This document shows, piece after piece, positions 52,465-62,802 of a stretch of DNA of 64,000 nt (position 1 is its first letter; the number at the start of each line of letters is the position of its first letter). The stretch is from Eledone cirrhosa (lineage: Eukaryota): the NCBI GenBank assembly GCA_964016885.1, contig OZ024743.1, positions 223,014,001 through 223,078,000 on the forward strand. Direction: 5' to 3'. The notes under the pieces are model-generated. The model was not told the origin of the DNA. It did no database searches and saw only the letters and a program-made list of their open reading frames with translations. The position numbers and the translations under genes are program-made.

Positions 52465-54386
52465 AACCAAATAACCGACAGTGACTACATAATTATTGCA
52501 GGCGACCTAAATGGTCACGTTGGACAACATTGTGATGGCTATGACGGAATCCATGGAGGCTATGGGTTTGGTACTAGAAATGAGGAAGGCTCCAGAATCC
52601 TGGAATTCTGTGATGCAAATAACACTAACTTCAAAAAACGAGACAATCACTTGATCACCTATAGATCAGGGGAACACGCCAGTCAGATAGATTATATCCT
52701 TACCAGAAGACGTGATAGAGTGTCTGTTGTAAACACTAAATCCCTCCCCCATGAAGAATGCACCTCCCAACATAGACTCATAGTTAGCGACCTCATAGTC
52801 AGGACAAAACGTACTCGACAACAGAAGAGGACTATTCTCAGGAGAAAAATATGGAAGCTAAAGGACTCCACAGCCAGTAATACATTTAAAAGCATATTAC
52901 TTGATGCTTTTGAAAGTAAGGAAGAGCAATTAGAGTCATACAATATAGAGGAACAGTGGGAATTCCTGAAAGCTAACCTGCTGAAGGCAACAGATGAAGT
53001 CTGTGGCTGGAGCAGACCTATAGGCAGGAGGAGAGTAACGTAGTGGTGGAACAGTAAGGTGGAGGAGTTAATCAAGGCCAAAAAGCAGGCTTGGAAAGTA
53101 TGGCGGGATGGGGGAAGTAGAGAAGACTATCAAGTGGCCAGGAGGGAAGCTAGGAGACAAGTGTACTTCGCAAGAAGGGAAGCAGAGGAAAGAAAGTTCA
53201 AGCATGTTCTACAACGCGAGGACCAAAAACATGAGGTGTTCAGGATTGCTAGGCAATGTGTCAAGGAAAACCGTGATATTGTCGGGGAGAAGTGTGTCCT
53301 TAATGATGATGGTGTACTTGCCATCACTGACGCTGATAAGAAGGTAGCTTGGAAGTGTCACTACGAAAGGCTACTAAATGAGGAGAATAAATGGGAGAAA
53401 GACAGTCTCCCCCACATCGATCCAATAGAGGGACCAGCAGTGCAAGTTGAAGGTAGTATAAGTAAGGCAATCAAAGATATGAAGACGGGCAAGGCGGCTG
53501 GGCCTTCGGAAATAGTTGCTGAAATGCTGAAAGCATCTGGAACGGTGGGACACACTATGGTCACCCGGATAGTAAACCAAGTCATACAGAATGGGGTCGT
53601 ACCGAAGGACTGGCGTAGCATCATCATCATTAACTGCTACAAGGGTAAAAGAGATGCCCTAGATAGGGGAAACTATAGAGGCATTAAATTAATTGACCAG
53701 GTCATGAAGGTCACAGAAAAAGTAATAGCGCAACTAATCAGAGAGCGAATTGATCTGGATGAAACGCAGTTCGGGTTTGTGTCAGGTAAAAGTACCACAG
53801 ACGCTCTTTTCATTGTACGACAACTACAGGAGAAGTACCTAGCTAAAAGTAAACCCCTATACTTAGCTTTTGTTAACTTGGAGACAGCCTTTGACAGAGT
53901 CTCACGCCCCATTATCAGGTGGGCTCTCAGAAAACTAGGTGTTGATGAATGGCTTGTGAGAGCTATACAAGCCATGTATAAAGAAACAGTCAGGTTAGAA
54001 TTAACAACGAATATAGTGAAGAGTTTAGCGTAAAAGTTGGTGTTCATCAGGGCTCCGTCCTCAGCCCCCTCCTATTTATTATTGCCCTTCAGGCTATAAC
54101 AGAGGAGTTCAAGAACGGCTGCCCATGGGAACTCCTATACGCTGATGATCTAACGCTTATAGCTGAATCAATGGCTGAACTAGAGAAGAAATTCCAAACA
54201 TGGAAGCATGGCCTAGAATCAAAAGGCCTTAAAATTAACCTGTCTAAGACTAAAGTTCTAGTATGTAGGAAGGAAAATAGGGCACTGGTCCCATCTGGGA
54301 AATGGCCATGCTCAGTGTGTAGGAAAGGAGTAGGCAGAAACTCCATTTTATGTCTCAAATGCAAAGTATGGGTGCATAAAAGATGT
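52465..54386 (+). mobile_element. RTE LINE copy B: partial endonuclease + RT, truncated at both ends, with stops and frameshifts
   Basis: ORFs 52651..53043, 53059..54033 and 54171..54413; GDLNGHVG, QIDYIL, NYRGIKL, QFGF, YADD. Confidence 0.93.
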
Positions 54387-54941
54387 ATTATTATGTATTA
54401 TTACAATATATAGAAACAAACTCGGACCCTAATTAATTCCTCTAAGTTCATAATTCATTTAACCTTATCTTCATTCACCTTATATTCTTAATATATTTTA
54501 ATAAATTCCTTTTCGCACATCTTATTAAACCCTTCAATATATAAACCTTAAATAAATAGTATTCTTAATTCCTTTTTCTTTAATCATAAGCATCACCATT
54601 CATAAACCTCATTAACTTTTAATTTCTTAAAATTATGTATTATCTTACAACGGTTTTTTTAAATTTTTCTCTGAGACAGTGTTTCTCAGTATTAAAGGTT
54701 ATCTCTTTCTCTCACTCATTTTCTCCTCGTCTCTCATCCTTCCTTCTTATACTCCTCCTCCGTCATCCTTTCCTTATTATTATTTTTTTTTTCCTTCTAT
54801 CTATATTTTTTCTTCCTCACCTTTTCTTTCCCCCTTCCTTTCCTTTTTTCCAATCTCATATATCCCTCTAATTTTATTTTTCATGTTGATTTGACACTTC
54901 ACTGCTCGCAAGTGTTTTTTAAGCTTCATATCATGTCTCCC

Positions 54942-55009
54942 TATTTTATCTGATGAGAACGCAAATATCATCCCATGATATTTGTTTTTGAAATGTGCAT
55001 AATAAAATA
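54942..55009 (+). ncRNA. Type I hammerhead ribozyme motif
   Basis: Stem I tattttat/ataaaata (8 bp); CTGATGA; stem II of 14 positions with 1 mismatch and 2 G-U, loop tccca; GAAA; stem III ATG-tg-CAT; NUH triplet AUA. Confidence 0.8.
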
Positions 55010-55389
55010 CATGGAACTCTTTTAACCATCTTTTGATTTTATATTATATATATAATGTAGGTATATATGTGTGAGTCCATGCCTGTGTTTATGTTTTTAT
55101 GTATATATAGGAAGGGCTCCCCACTGCAGAAACCATACCAAAAGCATCGAGGGGACTTTTTAGGTCTATCAAGGGTATGTTCTCTCTAGTGTTGGTGATT
55201 TACATGATAAACACATCCAGTATACTCTGTAAAGCAGTTGGTGATAGGAAGGGCATCCAGCCATAGAAAACTTGCCAAATAAAGGATCGGTAGGACTCTT
55301 CAGCTGTGCCATAGACATGGCAACCTCTCTAGTGTTGATGCCACAGTAAATGTATTAGGTAAAGCAAGACGGCATTATATACATATATA

Positions 55390-55690
55390 TCATCATCACC
55401 GTTTTACGTCGATTCTTCCATGCTAGCATGGGCTAAACGGGTTGTACTGTTGTGGGCATGTGGGCAATGCTGACCTTGTCTTGCTCATATGGAAACTGAT
55501 TTTGGCTTGATTTCTACAGCTGGATGCCCTTCCTAACACCGACCTCATTTACAGTGAGTGCTGGGTGCTTTTCTCTGTGGCGCCTACACGTCCACTTTAC
55601 AGTGTGGTCTGGGTGCTTTTTTGTCGTGACACCTCCACGACTACTTTGCAGTGGGAGGGGATGGGGGCATATTGCCTATAATCTTCGGCT
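55390..55690 (-). mobile_element. 3' end fragment of the RTE or of an RTE-tailed SINE
   Basis: Reverse complement of the LINE 3'UTR (ggtgttaggaagggcatccag...cccatgctagcatgg...gatgatga). Confidence 0.75.
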
Positions 55691-55794
55691 TCGAAGTATA
55701 TATATATAATAAAAAATTGAACAGGGACAGAACAGAGAGGCAGTACGACAAATGTTTATTAGATTCACGCTCAGGAGAGTGGGGGGTAGGTGGA

Positions 55795-55832
55795 GGACGA
55801 CGTTTCGGGCATAAGCCCTTCTTCAGGTAAGA
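55795..55832 (-). ncRNA. Minimal type I hammerhead-like motif (weak stem I)
   Basis: ac-CTGAAGA-a-GGGC ttat GCCC-GAAA-CG-TC-gt. Confidence 0.6.
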
Positions 55833-55986
55833 GTTCAAAAGGTATGTAGGGGAGTGGTGGAGAGACATATAGCGAAAGGAAACGGTGCGAATATATATAT
55901 ATATATAAAGTAAACAGAGGTAACAAAGCAAATGACACAGTACAATGAAGAAATAGATTAATTTAACGTTTGAAATAATAGGAAAA

Positions 55987-56025
55987 GTCTTTATGTTTCA
56001 GACACTCGTCTTTCATCAGGAGATA
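55987..56025 (-). ncRNA. Minimal type I hammerhead-like motif (degenerate)
   Basis: tctc-CTGATGA-a-AGAC gagt GTCT-GAAA-CA-TA-aaga. Confidence 0.55.
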
Positions 56026-56687
56026 GAATGAGAAATAAAATATGAAATAGAGTGAAAAGAGGAAGGAATGGAAAAAAAAAATAAAACCTACCATCATCAA
56101 CACCATACACAGTTTTACAAATGTTACAAGCTAATTATGTCATACAACTATCTGCTGTATACACTAAAGATATACATTCACAATGCTTTATAGCTACTTT
56201 CATTGCTAAATGTTAAATGTATTCATTGACATTATCATTCCACCTGAAATTATTCTCAAGGTTTTTTATTTAATCTCCATTAAGCTATAGTTGTAGAACA
56301 ACTTTCCACTGGCAAAGTTGGAAATAATACAGAATCGAGATGTGTTAAGAATTACTTGTGTGGTCTATTTTGTTTCTGCCAAGAACAAATCAGTTTTAAT
56401 ACCATATAACTAGTTAGCAGTCATTATTGTCAGACATCATGCTTTGCAGCATAGAGTTATGGCCTTTACGTTCTGAGTTCAAATCCCACCGAGGTTAACC
56501 TTGCCTTTCATCCTTTCGGGGTCGATAAAATAAAGTACCAGTAATACACTGGAATAATTGCTGGCCTTGTGCCAAAAAGTAGAAACAATTATTGGTAAAT
56601 AGCTCATCTTATTTTTAACCCTTTAGCATTTACATTACTCTATATTTACTATTGTATTTTCAGAGTAAAGGCATTATCTCGCATAAT

Positions 56688-59600
56688 GGTCGATGTTTGT
56701 TGTATTCAAGAGACCAGGTGGAGGGGTGGGTCTGCTAGGTTCATTGAGGGTAAAAAACGATGTTATAAGCTTTTCTGGGTGGGAAACGACGATGGGCTGG
56801 GTGGAGTAGGAATCATGGTAGCAGAAAAGTGGGCAGATAAGATAATAGACGTAAATAGAGTGAACGACAGAATAATTAAAATACGACTTGTCCTCAATAG
56901 AACTACGGTGACAGTAATATCTGCATACGCACCCCAATCCGGACTGCCCGGCACTATAAAAGACAGATTCTATGAGACACTGATGCTAACTACCTCCCAA
57001 ATATCCGACAGTGACTATATAATTATCGCAGGCGACCTAAATGGTCACGTTGGACAACATTGTGACGGCTACGACGAAATCCATGGAGGCTATGGGTTTG
57101 GTACTAGAAATGAGGAAGGCTCCAGAATCCTGGAATTCTGTGATGCAAATAACCTAACTATCTGTAACACTAACTTCACCTGATCACCTATAGATCCGGG
57201 GAACACACAAGCCAGGTAGATTATATCCTTACCAGAAGACGTGACAGAGTGTCTGTTGTAAACACTAAATCCCTCCCCCATGAAGAATGCACCTCCCAAC
57301 ATAGACTGATAATTAGCGACCTCATAGTCAGGACGAGACGTACTCGACAGCAGAAGAGGACTATCCTCAGGAGAAAAATATGGAAGCTAAAGGACCCCAC
57401 AGCCAGGAATAAATTTCAAAGCATATTACTTGATGCTTTCGACAGTAAGGAAGAACATTTAGAGTCGGACAATATAGAGGGACAGTGGGAATTTCTGAAA
57501 GCAAACCTGCTGTTGGCGACAGACGAAGTCTGTGGCTGGAGCAGGCCTGTAGGCAGGAGGAGAGTAACATGGTGGTGGAACAGTAAGGTGGAGGGGTCAA
57601 TTAAGGCCAAAAAGCAGGCTTGGAAAGTATGGCGGGATGGGGGAAGTAGAGAAGACTATCAAGTGGCCAGGAGGGAAGCTAGGAGACAAGTGTACTTAGC
57701 AAGAAGGGAAGCTGAGGAAAGAAAGTTCAAGCATGTTCTACAACGCGATGACCAAAAACGTGAGGTGTTCAGGATTGCTAGGCAATGCGTCAAGGAAAAC
57801 CGTGATATTGTCGGGGAGAAGTGTGTACTAAACGACGATGGCACACTTGCCATCACCGACGCTGATAAGAAGGTAGCTTGGAAGTGTCACTATGAAAGGC
57901 TACTAAATGAGGAGAATAAATGGGAGAAAGACAGTCTCCCCCATATCGACCCAATAGAGGGACCAGCAGTGTTAGTCGAGGGGAGTATAATAAGTGAGGC
58001 AATCAAGGATATGAAGACGGGTAAGGCGGCTGGGCCTTCGGAAATAGTTGCTGAGATGCTGAAGGCATCTGGCACGGTGGGACACACCATGGTCACCCGC
58101 ATAGTTAACCAAGTCATACAGAATGGGGTTGTTCCGAAGGACTGGCATAGCAGCATCATCGTTAACTGTTATAAGGGTAAAGGAGACGCCCTAGATAGGA
58201 GTAACTATAGAGGCATTAAATTAATCGACCAGGTCATGAAGGTCACGGAAAAAGTAATAGCGCAACTAATCAGAGAGAGAATTGACCTAGATGAAATGCA
58301 GTTCGGGTTTGTGTCAGGCAAAAGTACCACAGACGCTCTTTTCATAGTACGACAACTACAGGAGAAGTACCTAGCTAAAGGTAAACCCCTCTACTTAGCT
58401 TTTGTCGACTTGGAGAAAGCCTTCGACAGAGTCCCCCGCTCCATTATTTGGTGGGCTCTTAGAAAACCAGGCGTTGACGAATGGCTTGTGAGGGCTATAC
58501 AAGCCATGTATAAAGAAACAGTCAGCAAGGTTAGAATTAACAACGAATATAGTGAAGAGTTTAGCATAAAAGTTGGCGTCCATCAGGGCTCTGTTCTCAG
58601 CCCACTACTATTTATTATTGCCCTTCAGGCTATAACAGAGGAGTTCAAGACAGGCTGCCCATGGGAACTCCTATACGCAGACGACCTGACACTCATAGCG
58701 GAATCAATGGCAGCACGGCCTAGAGTCAAAAGGACTTAAAATTAACCTGGCTAAGACCAAAGTACTAGTTTGTAGGAAAGAAAACAAGGCGGCGGTCCCT
58801 TCTGGGAAATGGTCGTGCTCGGTGTGTAGGAAAGGCGTAGGTAGAAACTCCATTTTATGTCCTAAATGCAAAGTATGGGTGCATAAAAGATGTAGTGGGA
58901 TCACAGGTAAGCTAACTAAGAACATAGATTTTACATGTGGCCGGTGCTCTGGTGCAATAAGTAGCAGCAAGTGCCCACAAAATACTAGCTCTTTCAATTG
59001 CGCAGAGGGTTCTATAGAAATAGTGGACAGCTTCCGTTACCTGGGCGATAAAATCAGCAGTGGGGGAGGGTGCTCTGAAAGTACTGTAGCTAGAGTCAGA
59101 ACTGGTTGGAAAAAGTTCAGAGAGCTTATACCACTATTAGCTGCTAAAGGGTTCTCCCTAAAAATGAAAGGCAGGTTGTACGATGCCTGCATACGAACAG
59201 CAATGCTGCATGGCAGTGAGACCTGGGCATTGTGTGCAGAGGATATACGCAGACTAGAGAGGAACGAAGCTTGCATGCTCCGCTGGATGTGTAACAGTAA
59301 TATACGTGAACGGCAAAGCATAAACGAACTAAGGAAAAAATTAGAGATAAGAGGGATCAGATGTTGTTTACTCGAGAGAAGGCTACGTTGGTATGGACAC
59401 GTGATGCGCATGAAAGTCGATAGCTGTATAACAAAGTGCAGGGCAATAAAGATAGACGGTAGTCACGGAATAGGCAGACCTAGAAAAACCTGGGACGAGC
59501 TGATAAACTCCGACATCACACACTTACACCTCTCCAAGACTGTCACTGGACCGAGACCTTTGGCGGTACTCAGTAATAGAGAAGACCCGCCTTACCTAAA

Positions 59601-59977
59601 TATATAGTAAAACCTACTCCAGCCAGTTGGCATCTCTAACAAAATACACCCCGTCCCACCCCCACCCCCCCCGTTCTATGTAAAGTTATGTTGGTGCCGC
59701 GCCATCGAGGCCGAAACAAATGAGATCGCGTAGGTGTCACGACAAAAAAACACACAGTCCACGCTGTAATGTGGCCGTGTAGGCAACACGGTAAAAACCT
59801 CCCAGACCCACACTGTAAATGTGGTTGGTGTTAGGAAGGGCATCCAACTGTAGAAAACCTGCCAGACAGTCCTATGCGAGCAAGACAATCACTCTTGCCT
59901 CAAGTGGGACTACCCCCGTCCAAACCCATGCAAGCGTGGAACACGGACGTTAAACGTTGATGATGATGATGATGATG
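56688..59977 (+). mobile_element. RTE LINE copy C: nearly full length (APE endonuclease, RT, PHD, 3'UTR, (GAT)n), frameshifted
   Basis: CIQETRW, SAYAPQ, GDLNGHVG, QGSVLSP, YADD, FRYLG, WYGHV. Frame-breaking deletions near 57180, 58712 and 59540 relative to copies A and B. Confidence 0.95.
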
Positions 59978-61066
59978 AATATCGAATCTATGAGATTTTG
60001 ATATTATTCATCTTAAGAACAATACCTTAACATAAGTGTGAGCAGCCAGTTTGAACAGAACGAGGTGAGTGAATTCTGGCCAGATTCAGCTGACTTAAAT
60101 GCTAAAGGGTTAAAGCTCACACCTATGAGGTCGCATCTCATGGAGGGTATTTTTGTTTGTTTTTTTAATTTTATTTGAAATTATATTGGAAGGTTTTAAT
60201 TTAAATACAAACCCTTTAAAATAGCTGGTTTTGTTTCAGAGAAACAGAAGCATTTTTCTGAGGTTGGTACCAAAATGGTTAAAGGTGACTTTAAGTAGTT
60301 TCTGTAGAGGCAGACATACTTTCAAACACCACAGATCAGTGATCTCTTATTTGATAACTTTGATGAAAACAATGAGTTAATCTTGAGAACTATCAATCCT
60401 AGATATCTTGAAAACATCATTCAATGGAAATATGGCAACTATGCCTCTCCATCAACAACACAGACATTTGCTGCACATAATCAGAAAAGAAACAAGCTGA
60501 TTGTCAGATCAGACCAAGGAAATAATGTTTCCATTGGAGTTTCCACAGCTGATACTATCTACCAAACACAACTCTAGTCAGGAGGTGGGATATGACTTTA
60601 AAATGTAAAGAACTGGTTCAGATATTGCAAAGCATCCTGCCCAACCCTTTAATGATTCCTGGACTGGCACTTTACTTAGCAACCCCAAAAGGACAAAAGG
60701 CAACATTAACCTCGGTGGGATTTAAACTCACAGACCTGGAAAAAATACAGACACTCTAACGACTCTGGGTATTTTTTGCCATTAAAGAAACAGTTTTGCA
60801 AAACACACTCCCTATACATGAACAACAAAAAGTCGTCTTTCCATAATAAAAAAAAAAATTAAAAAATTTTTTTGAAATGTTGAAATTACAGTGTTAGAAC
60901 TGTTTTTCAAGTTATGCCAAGGGCCACTTTTAACTTGATTAGAAAATTAGCTATAATACCAAATTCCTCCAAATTTTTGATTATTTAAAAAATTACTGTA
61001 TATATTTGAATATAAGCTGACCCCATTTTATGTCTGAAAAATGGGCAAAAATCCAAACCCTGTTTA

Positions 61067-61204
61067 GGACCACATACAACACATAAGGAGGTGATATACA
61101 CATCTAGGACCACATACAACACACAAGCAGGTAATACATACAGCTGGGACCACATGCAATACATAAGCAGGTAATACATACATCTAGGACCACATACAAC
61201 ACAT
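61067..61204. repeat. About 40-bp tandem repeat x 3.5 (ggaccacatacaacacataagcaggtaatacatacatcta)
   Basis: Seen directly. Confidence 0.88.
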
Positions 61205-62802
61205 TGTATCAGGTGCAACGGACGACGCAACAGCTATGGTCGGCCAACATAAGGGTTTCTATCTGTATTTGCTGTTCATTGTGTCATTCATCAACAACAC
61301 TTGGCTGCGAAGAAACTCAGCGAGCCACTGAGCAAGTCCTTGCAGGTGGCCATTGAAGTCATCAATTTTATCAAACGCCATTCCCTCAATGAACGAATTT
61401 TCCGGCAACTGTGCAAAGATAATAACAAAGAATTCGTCAAGTTGCTCCTTCATACTCAAGTGAGGTGGCTTTCAATGGGCAAGTGCCTTACTCACTTCTT
61501 TGAACTGTTCGACTATCATTGATTTTCTTCGAGGACGCAACAGAGAACTGTACAAGAAAACCCTCGATGTGAGGCAAAACTGCGCCTACCTTGCCAACAT
61601 CTTCGACAAATGCAATAGTGTCATTATGGCTTTGCAGGGGAAGAAGATCACTTTGCTTAAAGCAAGGAATGCTGAGAAAACATTTCTGGCCAAACTGAAT
61701 GTAATCAAAAGGAATCTTTGATGACGGGAATTCTATAATTTTCCTAGTGTCGTCAATGTTCAAAACATTGTAAGCAATGACCAACTCCAAATTTATACCG
61801 TTTACCTCCATGCGCTACAAGACAACATGAGAGAACGGTTTGTCGATCTTTTGCCGATGGGCATCCCAATGTGGATAGCAGATCCCTTCATAGCTAATGT
61901 CGATGATTTGGACGTTAAATATCAGGAAGAATTCATTGAACTTCAAGCAGATGACATGATCAAAATTAGATTTCCCAAAATAGGTGAACTTCTTTTTTGG
62001 ATGCAAGAGGAAATTCAGTGTCGATTTCCACTCCTACATGCAAAGGCTAAGAGATTTTCTCTGCCTTTTCCAAGCTCATACTTAGTAGAGAGGTTTGGTG
62101 CTGTTTCCAGACTGCACAGTAAGACTCACAACCGCTACAATGTAATTACACGAGGAGATCTCTGGCTACATCTTATGAAAATTCAGTCTCACGTCAAAGA
62201 GTTAGCTAGACTCCATGAAGCCCAAGGGTCCCATTGAAATGAGGTCAAAGTTAAAACTTGGATATGCTATTGTTACAAAGCAAACTAACAATTTTTTTAT
62301 TTGTAGTTGCAGTCCATGGTCTCTAAGATCACAAAGCGGAGGGGGCATCAAGTTAGATATCAACATTTATTCTGTCCGTTTCATTAAAGGGAAAATTGGA
62401 AAGCTTTGAAATAATATAATTGCCACTTTCTTCCAGATAAGAGCACTCTTTGGATAGATAGAGTTACTCTTGTATAAATGTTCAAAATAGCTGGTATCGA
62501 CTGGTGGGAATATAACAAATTCAACTGGTCCTTATTCATAAAAAAGAACATTTATGTTCCTTTTTTTGAAATTCATATATTTCCTTTCAAGGAATGTATT
62601 TATACTCTCAGCTGCCTGCAATGGTATCTTTGGAATATTGTTAATCAATTTTTTAGTAATATACTGATATCAAAATCAATAGTATATTGAAAAATGGAAA
62701 AATAGGAGGGGGGGGGTTATGATTTCGAGGAATAGGAGGGGGGGGGGTTATGATTTCGAGGAACAAAAGGGGCATTTGGCCTAAATGGGTTGAGAACCTG
62801 TG
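61205..62802 (+). mobile_element. Fossil hAT (Buster/Charlie, ZBED8/SCAND3-like) transposon, 3' half
   Basis: Frameshifted peptides VHCVIHQQHLAAK, LLLHTQVRWLS, LPFPSSYLVE, EAQGSH*. Right TIR-like ggttgagaacctgtg at 62788-62802 is followed by attTAgag, matching the nnnTAnnn Buster-type target. Confidence 0.88.
62701..62761. repeat. 2 x 30-bp G-run tandem repeat, subterminal in the hAT
   Basis: aataggaggggggggggttatgatttcgagg occurs twice. Confidence 0.85.

Noticed and set aside
57249-58739. 496-aa RT ORF as an active or domesticated gene
   Set aside because: Flanked by frameshifting deletions and 5'-truncated; a dead LINE copy.
61067-61204. Regular repeat array as possible CRISPR
   Set aside because: Units are contiguous with no unique spacers; eukaryotic context, no cas genes.
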